Counted from the first letter of the stretch, positions 37,791 through 47,208 are shown. The stretch: 64,000 nucleotides of DNA from an uncultured Desulfurococcaceae archaeon (GCA_964627805.1 CAZVLA010000030.1:10794-74793), one strand, 5' to 3'. Made by a program: numbers and translations. The notes: generated by a model not told the origin, from the letters alone.

Positions 37791-38915
37791 GTGACGAAAA
37801 TGGTTAAGGTGTTCGTGACTTGGTCATCAATGATTAAAGTTGGCAGGTACTTTGATAAAAACTACAAGGAGTTAGTTAAGGAGGTGATCGATAGCTTAGA
37901 ATTAGGTAATAAACATATTGACTACTTAATAATCTCATCGGTACTATCAGCTAGGGCGTTAAATCAGTTAGATATATCAACAATGATAGCTCAATACCTA
38001 GGACTAAATAATGTAAAAACCTCGAGGATCGAGACAGGTGAATCATCTGGTTTAGCCGCTATTGAATACGCGTATTACCTAATTAAGTCGAACCTAGCTA
38101 AGAACGTCCTTGTAGTAGGTATTGATAAGCTAACTGAGTATCCTACACAAGTAACTAATGAGCACTACAATCTAATACTGGACTATGAGTTAGAGACCTT
38201 AAGGAGGGTGTCGCCACCGAATTACGCAGCACTAGTAATGAAGGAATACATGAGGAGATACAGAGTGTCTAGGGAAGACTTAACTATCTGGCCCATTAAA
38301 ATGCATGAGAACGCCGTACAGAACCCCTACGCGCAATTAAGATTTAAGGTAAGTAAGGACAAGGTACTTAATAGCATCGTAGTTTCAGAACCTATTAGAC
38401 TACTCGATACGTTCCCGATAGGTGATGGTGCAGCAGCCGTATTACTAAGTAGCGAATGCAGTACTGAATGTATTGAGATTCTAAGTGTTGAAGCTAGTAC
38501 ATCGCTTCAGTTCTACTTAAGAGACGACATACTGGAATTACCGGCAAGTAAGGCAGCGTTAAGTAAGGTAATTAGTAGATCAGGTTTAAGCTCTTCAGAA
38601 CTAAAGAACTCACTTATAGAGCTACACGATAGTTACAGCATATATGGAATGCTTTTACTTGAGGAGTTAGGAATCACAGATAAGGGTAGTTCATGGCGTG
38701 AGGTAAGTAATTTAGATAATATTAACTTAAGTGGCGGGTTAAAAGCTAGAGGTCACCCATTAGGAGCTACTGGAGTTTACCAGTTATGTGAGGTGCATAA
38801 GTTAATGACTGAAGGGTTAGGAGGTAATGTATTCGACGGTAAGTACGCATTAATACATTCAATGTCAGGACCCGACTACAATGCTAGGTTATGCTTAATT
38901 AGGAGGGGTGAGTAG
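37791..38915 (+). CDS. thiolase-fold protein (acetyl-CoA acetyltransferase homologue) lacking both catalytic Cys residues
   Basis: The thiolase motifs PIGDGAAAVLL and GHPLGATG are present. IETGESSG replaces the CxSG motif and ELHDSY replaces HDCF. GTG start, 1 nt after the HMGCS stop. Confidence 0.8.
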   Translation: MTKMVKVFVTWSSMIKVGRYFDKNYKELVKEVIDSLELGNKHIDYLIISSVLSARALNQLDISTMIAQYLGLNNVKTSRIETGESSGLAAIEYAYYLIKSNLAKNVLVVGIDKLTEYPTQVTNEHYNLILDYELETLRRVSPPNYAALVMKEYMRRYRVSREDLTIWPIKMHENAVQNPYAQLRFKVSKDKVLNSIVVSEPIRLLDTFPIGDGAAAVLLSSECSTECIEILSVEASTSLQFYLRDDILELPASKAALSKVISRSGLSSSELKNSLIELHDSYSIYGMLLLEELGITDKGSSWREVSNLDNINLSGGLKARGHPLGATGVYQLCEVHKLMTEGLGGNVFDGKYALIHSMSGPDYNARLCLIRRGE

Positions 38916-38917
38916 GT

Positions 38918-39319
38918 ATGAAATCAATATCGATTCACTGGAGGAATAAGGATATATATTACGGGATAGTAGTTACTGAATGCCTTAAGTGCGGTAGGAA
39001 GTCTGTGTTTAAGTGGAGTAGGTGCCCCTATTGTGGATCTCGAGAGTTGAGAGTGTTAAAGAGTAAGGGACTTGGTGTGGTTAGAGATTACACGATAAGT
39101 TATTACAGAGGTACTGAGGATCTTGAGTCATACCCTAGAATAATTGCGTTAGTGGAGTTAGATGAAGGCGTTAAGTTAATCGGGGAATTGGTTGATGTTG
39201 ACGTTAATGAGGTTAAGGAAGGCATGCGTGTAGAGGCTGTACTTAGGCGTGTAGGTAGTGATGATCCTAATGGTATAATATACTATGCATTAAAATTTAT
39301 ACCTACTCTACGTGGGTAA
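38918..39319 (+). CDS. DUF35 OB-fold/zinc-ribbon protein (thiolase-HMGCS complex scaffold)
   Basis: CLKCGRKS...CPYCGS ribbon followed by an OB-like C-terminus; third gene of the triad. Confidence 0.8.
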   Translation: MKSISIHWRNKDIYYGIVVTECLKCGRKSVFKWSRCPYCGSRELRVLKSKGLGVVRDYTISYYRGTEDLESYPRIIALVELDEGVKLIGELVDVDVNEVKEGMRVEAVLRRVGSDDPNGIIYYALKFIPTLRG

Positions 39320-39403
39320 ATGCTAACATAAGTAGGCTGTAATGAATTTTTTATGCGGTATTAATACGCATAATCCTAATATACGTTCACGTAAGTTATA
39401 TTA

Positions 39404-40633
39404 GTGGTGTTAGGTACGGTAAAAATAGATTATATCTTATCTAGTAAAGCTGAGAAGTATAGACCATCAGAGATAAGGGAACTACTTAAACTCACAGAAG
39501 GTAAGAAAGTAATTAGTTTAGCTGGGGGTCTTCCAGACCCTAAAGTATTCCCGAAGAGGGAATTAGCCGAGATAGCGAAGGAGGTTATCGAGGAATTCGG
39601 TGATAGAGCTCTCCAATACAGCCCAACAAGGGGTGTTACTGACTTTAGAAATACCTTAAGGAAGTTCTTAATAGCTAAAGGTGTTAAAGTTCGTGATGAG
39701 GACGACATAATAGTAACTACGGGATCACAGCAATCGCTTGACTTAATATCTAGGATGTTCTTAGAGTCAGGAGATGATGTTATTGTTGAATTACCATCAT
39801 ACTTAGCAGCTCTTACAGCCTTTAGAGCTAATGACGCAAATCTCGTAGGGGTTCCGATGGATGAAAACGGCATGAAGACGGACAAGCTTGAGGAGATAGT
39901 TAGGGAGTTAGTTGGTAAGGGTAGGAAGATAAAGTTCATCTACACAGTACCGGTAGCTCATAACCCCACAGGAATAACCATGAGTTTAGATAGAAAGAAG
40001 CACTTACTAGAGATAGCCTCTAAATATGACCTACTGATTATTGAGGACGATCCCTACTCCTACTTCATATATGATGAAGGTGTTGATGTTACACCGCTGA
40101 AGTCACTAGATAAGGAGGGTAGGGTAGTCTACCTAAGTACATTTAGCAAGATATTAGCTCCGGGTCTTAGAATAGGGTGGTTAGTAGGCCCTAAGGAATT
40201 CATTGATTACGTCGAAAGATGCAAGCAGACGGCTGACTTACACACACCAACGTTAACTCAGTTCATAGCTATGGAGGCAATAAGGAAGGGAGTAGTTGAT
40301 AAGACTATCAGAAGAGCTAAGGAGGTATATAGAGTTAAGAGGGACGTCATGATTAATGCATTAAGTAAATACATGATTAAAGGTACTAAATGGGTAAAGC
40401 CTGTAGGTGGGTTATTCGTATTTGTGTGGTTACCTAGCCTAGAGCTAAACACTAAGAAATTACTACCAGAGGCTATAGAACGTGGAGTAGCTTACGTGCC
40501 TGGAGCACCGTTCTTCGCCGATGGTATGGGCTGGAATACACTAAGACTAAACTTCAGCTACCCAACACCTGAACAGATTGAAGAAGGTGTTAAGATTCTA
40601 GGTAGCTTAATAAGAGATAAGATAGGCGGTTAA
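39404..40633 (+). CDS. PLP-dependent aminotransferase, class I/II (2-aminoadipate/aromatic type)
   Basis: YSPTRG, TTGSQQSLDL, IIEDDPY, STFSKILAPGLRIGW (PLP Lys) and RLNFS motifs. Confidence 0.8.
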   Translation: MVLGTVKIDYILSSKAEKYRPSEIRELLKLTEGKKVISLAGGLPDPKVFPKRELAEIAKEVIEEFGDRALQYSPTRGVTDFRNTLRKFLIAKGVKVRDEDDIIVTTGSQQSLDLISRMFLESGDDVIVELPSYLAALTAFRANDANLVGVPMDENGMKTDKLEEIVRELVGKGRKIKFIYTVPVAHNPTGITMSLDRKKHLLEIASKYDLLIIEDDPYSYFIYDEGVDVTPLKSLDKEGRVVYLSTFSKILAPGLRIGWLVGPKEFIDYVERCKQTADLHTPTLTQFIAMEAIRKGVVDKTIRRAKEVYRVKRDVMINALSKYMIKGTKWVKPVGGLFVFVWLPSLELNTKKLLPEAIERGVAYVPGAPFFADGMGWNTLRLNFSYPTPEQIEEGVKILGSLIRDKIGG

Positions 40634-41502
40634 TAACCTAATTCAACAATAACCTTTTCGAAATTACCAATCAAAGGCAATACATCATCTAGTTCCTTAA
40701 CAATAGCTAACTTACTCATTAGAATATTATTAGGAATCTCATTAATTACGCCTAGAACTTCATTAACCTTATTTGAGAAACCAGGTACGTACACAGTTAT
40801 CTTATGTGGTTGGAGTATATACATATTAAATAGAGGTGCATATGTAGGTGATACTATTAATGATCCATTAACTTTTACTAGACTAAGTATGTAAGGTGAT
40901 GTAGTGCTTCCTCCAGTAAGGATAATCGCGTCAAATACTTCATTACCCCGTAAATTCCTCATCTTTATTACTCTATAGCATTTAGAAGCTAAGAAATCAA
41001 TTACTCTATGCTCATCCTTACACAACACAGCGGTGACTTCACAACCTAAGTTACTTAAATATGTAGAGTTGATTATCAAGTCAAGACCATCACCGATCAC
41101 GCATACATTAAACGCTGAGGTGCTTCTGACGTATTCACCTACATTACTTAAGTAGAGGTAATGAAGAGCTAAACCATTAATCCCCCCAAGTTCTTGAGTA
41201 AGCTCTAATGTACACTGCTGACTTACTACAGAGTATTCACTTAGAAAACCATCTATATCCGACCCGTATAGGCGTTGATTGCAGTAGGGGTAGTTTACGT
41301 ACTTATACCCTACCTTAAAACTTGAATTAATACCTACTTCAATAACTCTAACCAAGCCTATAGAACCAGCAGTAACTCCTGGTTTAGTAGGTATTAGCCC
41401 CTTAAGTACGTAGTTATCGATAGTTCCAAAAACAGCCACTATGGTCTTACCTAATGCTTCACCCTCATTAATTGGAGGAATAGGTGATTCAATAGTACTC
41501 AA
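40630..41502 (-). CDS. medium-chain dehydrogenase/reductase-like protein (degenerate)
   Basis: A Rossmann-like VCVIGDGLDLIINSTYLSNLGCEV segment within an MDR-like layout; no zinc ligands recognised. Confidence 0.35.
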   Translation of the reverse strand: MSTIESPIPPINEGEALGKTIVAVFGTIDNYVLKGLIPTKPGVTAGSIGLVRVIEVGINSSFKVGYKYVNYPYCNQRLYGSDIDGFLSEYSVVSQQCTLELTQELGGINGLALHYLYLSNVGEYVRSTSAFNVCVIGDGLDLIINSTYLSNLGCEVTAVLCKDEHRVIDFLASKCYRVIKMRNLRGNEVFDAIILTGGSTTSPYILSLVKVNGSLIVSPTYAPLFNMYILQPHKITVYVPGFSNKVNEVLGVINEIPNNILMSKLAIVKELDDVLPLIGNFEKVIVELGY

Positions 41503-41586
41503 TCCGCGAGCTCCCCAAACAATCTTCCTCGTAACTCCTCACCTTATTAACTAATAATACCTGTAGCAGTAAAAAATGAGGGTAGT

Positions 41587-41964
41587 TTGGTAATGAATTC
41601 ACTACCTATGATGGCTACAGGTAAGATCATTAAGGATTATAGACCATTAATTAAGTACTTAGAATTAGCTGATAGAGAATTGAGGAGCAGAACAATTCCT
41701 AACTCGTCAGATATTGAAGTAATTAAGGAATTACTTGCTAGGGGTACTAGTAACTTAAGTGACTTAATCAACGAGTTAACTAAGTATATAAGAAACAGAG
41801 TCGATCCTGAACTGGCTAGGAAAGCGGTAAGGGAAGTACTAGGTACTGATGTGGATAGTAGAACTGCTGAGTACATGATATCAAGAATTATTGCTGGGTG
41901 GGTTATTGAGATGGCTGAGCAATTCGGTATTGTTAAGCTTAAGTCTAGGTACTTAAAGCTATGA
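41587..41964 (+). CDS. hypothetical protein
   Basis: 125-aa helical ORF with no recognisable motif. Confidence 0.4.
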   Translation: MVMNSLPMMATGKIIKDYRPLIKYLELADRELRSRTIPNSSDIEVIKELLARGTSNLSDLINELTKYIRNRVDPELARKAVREVLGTDVDSRTAEYMISRIIAGWVIEMAEQFGIVKLKSRYLKL

Positions 41965-42048
41965 GGAGGTAGTATACCGGTATATTCAGCTTAATATGTA
42001 ATTGGTCTTATATACTTACACAACTACCTAGAATCTACACGGGTCTTA

Positions 42049-42768
42049 GTGATGCCTCTGATACCGTTACAGAGGAACCTTAGCAGTGGTTGCGACGTAG
42101 GTAAGGCATTAAGAGACATGAACTACTTAGTTAGGTGCATCGATGAAGCCATTGACGAAGGTAAGTATAGAGAATTAGTTACGTTAATAAAGACTCTAGC
42201 TATCTACTCAGAACACGGTGATAAAGTCAAGCTATTAACAGCGTTAGGTTACGCGTTCTCTAAAGCACCCTCAAAGACCTTAAGAGCCGCTATTGAAGTA
42301 CTATCAGGTAGTAACGTTGTTTTAAGTAAGTTAATTGAGACTTTATCAGCAATAGTAGGTATGAACAGATTAATAGTACTTAGTACCAAGTATAAACTAC
42401 TAAATGATAGACTCGTTAATAACATAGTCGATAAACTATCATGTAACGAATTAGCAACACTTACTGAATGCATAGTTAACTCAGCATTAAGTAAGGAGAC
42501 AGTAATCAAGGTACTTACGAGGGCACTCACAACAGCATATTGTAGAGAGTCTAAGAAATCAGCTATTAAACTTATAACGGATCTGTTAGTAGATGGTAGA
42601 TTAAGTAAGGACGAGCTAATACAGATACTTAGGAAGTTAAATATGAAGTTAATAATCATTAAGAATAAGCAGGGAGAGGTTAAGGAGATTAAGCTAGTAA
42701 GTAAGTTTGAGGATTACGTACCAGCTAATGAAGACTACGTACTGTCATTCATTAATTACGTGCTATAA
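42049..42768 (+). CDS. hypothetical helical-repeat protein
   Basis: 239-aa ORF, mostly predicted helices; its end overlaps the converging radical SAM gene by 13 nt. Confidence 0.4.
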   Translation: MMPLIPLQRNLSSGCDVGKALRDMNYLVRCIDEAIDEGKYRELVTLIKTLAIYSEHGDKVKLLTALGYAFSKAPSKTLRAAIEVLSGSNVVLSKLIETLSAIVGMNRLIVLSTKYKLLNDRLVNNIVDKLSCNELATLTECIVNSALSKETVIKVLTRALTTAYCRESKKSAIKLITDLLVDGRLSKDELIQILRKLNMKLIIIKNKQGEVKEIKLVSKFEDYVPANEDYVLSFINYVL

Positions 42769-44369
42769 CTGTCACATTCACCTAACGACGTCAGCACTAC
42801 AGAACCTAAATGCTTGACTAGGGCGTTAAGACCCGTATCTACTACTTCGCTCCAGGGTAAGTACTCGTTAATGTCCTTAACTTTAAATACGTAACTATCA
42901 TCGTACCTTAATTCCTTAATAGCTCTCCTAAGAGCTCCTAATCCACACCCTAATTCACCCCATCTAATAGTTAATTCACCAGCTCTTTCACTACCCAAAG
43001 CTATTAAAGTCTGTGCGTAAGCCCATCTCCAGTCATAGTAATCGAATCTCACGTACCTTCTCCCCTTTATTGACTTCTGTATTTCTTCAATTAAGTATCG
43101 AAAGCGTTGCCTTCTAATTAATCCTAAGTACTGCATCGGGGTGTTTGGCTTAGGTATTAAAGGGTTAATCGATACTCTTATCTGTTCCTTCCTTAATGAG
43201 TCTGTATCACGTATTAATTCGTTAATGAAGTTACTTACGTACTTAACTATCTCACCCTCACAAGGTAGTCCTAGGATGAAGTATAGCTTGAGGTTAGCCC
43301 GCTTCTTTAATGTATATAGGCACAATCTTCTAAGGAGTTCCATGTTAATCTCCTTACGAATTAATCTACTAGCTATGCATGAGAGGGTTTCAGGAGCTAT
43401 AGTGATAGTTCTCTGTCCACCACCTAGTATTAAATCTATTCTACTCTCGTTTAATGTCGTGTACCTTATCGATGGTACGTTATAGCTTATACCTGACTCC
43501 AAGAGTTCCTTCAATATGCTATCTGATTCTGGATGGTCAAAGAACGATAATGAGTAGAAGACAACCCTTTTCTTACCTATATTCTTAACACCATCAATTA
43601 CGTATTTCATGATTAACTCCTTACTTCTATACCTAAAGGGGTACGATATGAAAGCTTCCATACAGAAGGAGCATAGCCATTTACAACCCCTACTTACCTC
43701 TAGGTAGTACCCGTCACCATACACGGGTTCATATCTTCTAGACCTTATTAGGTACTCAGGCACGAAAGTACCGTTAATATCAACTACGAAGGCACGCTTG
43801 ACCTTGTTTCTGTACTTTATTGAGTAGCAGTACCCTGTCCTCACGAGTTTATCGGTTAATAGCTCTTTCCAATCCTTACTATACCTGATTACGTCAACTA
43901 AATCAACTAACTTACTTAGAAGCACCTCCCCCTCACCAACAAAGACCGTGTCAGCAACTACAGAGTAAGGTAGTGGGTTAGCAGTCGCTGGTGGACCGCC
44001 AATAATTATGAAGGGATCATCAACCTTACGCTTACGTATATTCGGGTTTACCTTATTCTTAATCAACATATTTACTAAGTAAGGTAAATCAAGCTCGAAT
44101 GACACACTAGCTAATATTATATCAAACTTTCTCAAGTCATAACCTGTTAATGCACCTCTATTAGGATTATCCATGGTGAACCTATCAATTAGTACATTAA
44201 GTCTCTCGTTAAGGAAGTAATACGCTATATGGGTGAATAAGTTTGTTATAGAGGCCGAATACGTACTAGGGTAAACAAGTGCTATACTTAAGTCATACCT
44301 CTTAGGTGGTAAGTAAACATTATACTCACTAAACAGTCCAATACCTTCCACAGATACGTCCCTAATCAT
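42756..44369 (-). CDS. radical SAM protein with an N-terminal B12-binding-like domain (class B type)
   Basis: SRGCKWLCSFCME (CxxxCxxC, about 43659-43686). The N-terminal Rossmann-like IILASVSF...IIIGGPPATANP is typical of COG1032-type enzymes. Confidence 0.75.
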   Translation of the reverse strand: MIRDVSVEGIGLFSEYNVYLPPKRYDLSIALVYPSTYSASITNLFTHIAYYFLNERLNVLIDRFTMDNPNRGALTGYDLRKFDIILASVSFELDLPYLVNMLIKNKVNPNIRKRKVDDPFIIIGGPPATANPLPYSVVADTVFVGEGEVLLSKLVDLVDVIRYSKDWKELLTDKLVRTGYCYSIKYRNKVKRAFVVDINGTFVPEYLIRSRRYEPVYGDGYYLEVSRGCKWLCSFCMEAFISYPFRYRSKELIMKYVIDGVKNIGKKRVVFYSLSFFDHPESDSILKELLESGISYNVPSIRYTTLNESRIDLILGGGQRTITIAPETLSCIASRLIRKEINMELLRRLCLYTLKKRANLKLYFILGLPCEGEIVKYVSNFINELIRDTDSLRKEQIRVSINPLIPKPNTPMQYLGLIRRQRFRYLIEEIQKSIKGRRYVRFDYYDWRWAYAQTLIALGSERAGELTIRWGELGCGLGALRRAIKELRYDDSYVFKVKDINEYLPWSEVVDTGLNALVKHLGSVVLTSLGECDSYST

Positions 44370-44427
44370 GAAGAACTAAGTAAGTTATAACTATTGTTAA
44401 TGCGTTACTAGTAAATTAGAAGGTGAG

Positions 44428-44838
44428 TTACTTCTGTCTCTCCTTCCTAACCCTAGCTATAATCTGAGTAATTATACTATTAATTACATCCTTATGCTTC
44501 CTCCTCACATGTTGCTCTACCTGACCAGGACGTAACTGAGTATCACAGAGTAAACAGACGCACTTATCACCTATCCTAAGTATTATTGGGTCTAAGCTCA
44601 TAACGTACGGGAATACGGCCCTAACTATCGCTGCTGCCGCGTAGTGTGACCTAGCCTTATCAATGACTCTCTGAACATAACCTCTCACCCTAAACTTAGA
44701 TATTCTGTACCTATGACCTATAGTTGAAGGACTTAAACCATCGATTAAGTACTCCTTAACAGCTAATACAGTGATTGTATCACCAACAAGTCTCTTAATC
44801 ACAAGGTACTTTGTTATTGCTGTCACTGCATCCTCCAC
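44428..44838 (-). CDS. HTH plus C2H2 zinc-finger protein
   Basis: A sigma4/LuxR-like LSPSTIGHRYRISKFRVRGYV segment followed by CLLC-x12-H-x4-H; lies upstream of the radical SAM gene on the same strand. Confidence 0.55.
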   Translation of the reverse strand: MEDAVTAITKYLVIKRLVGDTITVLAVKEYLIDGLSPSTIGHRYRISKFRVRGYVQRVIDKARSHYAAAAIVRAVFPYVMSLDPIILRIGDKCVCLLCDTQLRPGQVEQHVRRKHKDVINSIITQIIARVRKERQK

Positions 44839-45047
44839 ATTGATCCCTACGGAAATCTGATTACAGAAAAATTTTTAAGTAGAACCCCTTTTAAACCTTA
44901 ATGAAGGGGTATTATTTCAGTACTTAGTAAGTAAGCTATAATGAAATCCCTTATTAACTTTATCCTAAAGACATTAGAAGAGTAGGGATATATTCTGGAG
45001 GAAAACCTATAATTTGTAGTTACAGAAGGTAGGGTGGACTGATAATC

Positions 45048-45206
45048 ATGAAATCATCCGTAATCTCATTTAAGGTAGATGTTAATATATTACGAAAGAT
45101 AGAGTATTTCGTAAATCACGGGTATTTTAAGAGTAAGAGTGACTTAATAAGACAGGCACTAAGATACAAGTTAATGAAGGATGGGTTAATAGGTAGTGAG
45201 GAATAA
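45048..45206 (+). CDS. ribbon-helix-helix (CopG-like) protein
   Basis: Absent from the ORF track (52 aa). MKSSVISFKVDVNILRKIEYFVNHGYFKSKSDLIRQALRYKL shows a strand-helix-helix pattern. Confidence 0.6.
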   Translation: MKSSVISFKVDVNILRKIEYFVNHGYFKSKSDLIRQALRYKLMKDGLIGSEE

Positions 45207-45221
45207 CTAAGGGTATAGGTA

Positions 45222-45491
45222 ATGACTGCACTGTTCTGGGAGCCGAGGTGGGTACGTAAGAAAGTATACTATGAAGGTATAGAAGTAGTTACATGTCAAG
45301 ACTTAATTACGAAGTCCTATTTATGCCCTATATGTGTTAATATTGATGAAGTGTGCCCGGAGGGTAAAGAGACTAATATGTTGAATGAGAGAATGATAAC
45401 GTTCTTTTCCGTAGAGGATTTAATAAGGCATATGAGGTCGCACGCTACTCATAAGAAGGTTAAGAGAATAGTCGTTAGAAAGGAGGAGTAG
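45222..45491 (+). CDS. small C2H2-like zinc-finger protein
   Basis: CPIC...FFSVEDLIRHMRSH, a CxxC and HxxxH pair with a long linker. Confidence 0.5.
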   Translation: MTALFWEPRWVRKKVYYEGIEVVTCQDLITKSYLCPICVNIDEVCPEGKETNMLNERMITFFSVEDLIRHMRSHATHKKVKRIVVRKEE

Positions 45492-45495
45492 GTAA

Positions 45496-46536
45496 TTGAG
45501 TGTACTTAAACGTATTACACTAGGCAATTCGTTAGTTTCAAACATGCTGTGCTCGGTTTTTAAGCTAGGTAATACCTTACTAGTGGATAATGCTAGGAGA
45601 ACAAGCATATTATTCGGTTGGGACTATAGTATGGATTCACTAAGTGCGTGTATTGATATCATACCAATATTCCTAGATAGAAGTAGTGTAGAGGAGCTGC
45701 AGAGAATAGTCAAGAATTTATTGGTACGTAAAGTACGTGTTGAATCAGAAGTAGTGGGTACGTTAGAGGGCTACCTAGGCAAACTAGGTAACATAAAGCC
45801 CCAAATTAATTGGATTGAAAGAACTCATGATGAGGTGTACTTAATTACCGATGGATTTTGTAAGGTATTTAGGGCCTTCGAAGAAGCTTGTGTAAATAAG
45901 TTATTTGGGGAGATAAAGTCTATAGATCCAGAAAATAGGAAAGTTAAGGTACTTAATAATGAACTAAGTTGTGATGAATTATTAATAACATTACCTCTAG
46001 ACTATGTAATTAATAAACTAAGGAACGTACCTAAGGACTACCTACTAATTAGGAAGTTACTTAAGTATAGGTCAGCACTCGTGATGACACTTATTATTAA
46101 GGGTAAGTTAATTAAGGATAATTTAGTTAAAATCATCAAGGTAGGTAAGAAGGGGTTTCTCTCAACGGCAGTAATAGTAATGAGTAGTAGGTTAACTAGC
46201 GAGTTGTTAAGTATGACCAAGAATGAGTTAACAACTATTTATGTGCTGTCGTTGATATCACTTAAGGAATTAAGAGCTGAGATGGATAGAGTATTGATTA
46301 CTGAAGTTAAACGCTTACTCAATGTGAGTACGGTGGATACTGTATTTATGAGGCAGGCATTCGTGAAGTATGCGTTAATTAATGAATTAGGTAAAGAGGG
46401 AGTATCCTTACTAAACGACTTAATAAAGTACTTAAGAAGTAAAGGTACATACCTAGTTGGTAGATTGGCCACATGGAGAGATATGTGTATCGGTGAGTTG
46501 ATTAAGCATTTAAGGAATCAAATTAAATTAAGCTAG
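45496..46536 (+). CDS. FAD/NAD(P)-binding-fold-like protein with a degenerate dinucleotide loop
   Basis: RITLGNSLVSNML stands where GxGxxG is expected. C-terminal LVGRLATWRDMCIGELI resembles the GRxxxYxYxxMD tail of amine-oxidase/UDP-Galp-mutase-type flavoproteins. TTG start. Confidence 0.4.
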   Translation: MSVLKRITLGNSLVSNMLCSVFKLGNTLLVDNARRTSILFGWDYSMDSLSACIDIIPIFLDRSSVEELQRIVKNLLVRKVRVESEVVGTLEGYLGKLGNIKPQINWIERTHDEVYLITDGFCKVFRAFEEACVNKLFGEIKSIDPENRKVKVLNNELSCDELLITLPLDYVINKLRNVPKDYLLIRKLLKYRSALVMTLIIKGKLIKDNLVKIIKVGKKGFLSTAVIVMSSRLTSELLSMTKNELTTIYVLSLISLKELRAEMDRVLITEVKRLLNVSTVDTVFMRQAFVKYALINELGKEGVSLLNDLIKYLRSKGTYLVGRLATWRDMCIGELIKHLRNQIKLS

Positions 46537-46855
46537 CATCGCCTACTAAGTCATTTCTGTAATTGCCCCAAGTACCTAATACAACAACGTCTAAGTTACT
46601 GGTTTTAGGTATCGGTAGTGCTGTAAGTATCATATCCATAATTTCCTCCTTACTCACGTCGCCCCTTATTACGTATTCAACTCCATTCACTATTATAGAC
46701 ACCTTACTACTCCTGATGTATCTAGGTATTACAAACACAGGTAGTTCGTACTTCCTAAACAACTCCTGAGCAATCTCCCAAGTATACCTTAGTACCTTCT
46801 CACCTAAGTCAGAGCCGTCTATAACTACGATCACATCAAAACCCAATAAAATCAC
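46523..46855 (-). CDS. hypothetical small alpha/beta protein (thioredoxin-like topology without CxxC)
   Basis: 110 aa; resembles 61183-61503 by eye (W-x-I-A helix, IIV strand, R.D...I..I helix). Confidence 0.4.
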   Translation of the reverse strand: MILLGFDVIVVIDGSDLGEKVLRYTWEIAQELFRKYELPVFVIPRYIRSSKVSIIVNGVEYVIRGDVSKEEIMDMILTALPIPKTSNLDVVVLGTWGNYRNDLVGDASLI

Positions 46856-46922
46856 CTAATGAGTTAATGGTAAGTGATTTACTTTTAAGTGTCTCACCTA
46901 CGTAATACAGGGTGAGGTATGA

Positions 46923-47171
46923 ATGGTGTTATGGTTTACATTCATATTCACTCCCTTAGGACCTAATGTTAGGGTACTGAAGAAGTTTATTTCTGATATA
47001 GGTAATTACGGTGAGGAACTCTATAGAGCAGGTTTTGCTAGAAATAAAATAATTAATGTTAGGTGGGGAGAAATAGACTTAATATATGAGTTAGCTAGGT
47101 ATGACCCAGACTTACCAGACATAATTAAGGTTGAAGGTGAGGCTAGGATTAGCCTAAGTAGTCTTGAATAA
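46923..47171 (+). CDS. hypothetical protein
   Basis: 82-aa ORF with GGTGAGGT upstream of the ATG. Confidence 0.35.
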   Translation: MVLWFTFIFTPLGPNVRVLKKFISDIGNYGEELYRAGFARNKIINVRWGEIDLIYELARYDPDLPDIIKVEGEARISLSSLE

Positions 47172-47208
47172 TGAATGCGCACCTTCATATACATACTGTA
47201 TCCTTTTT

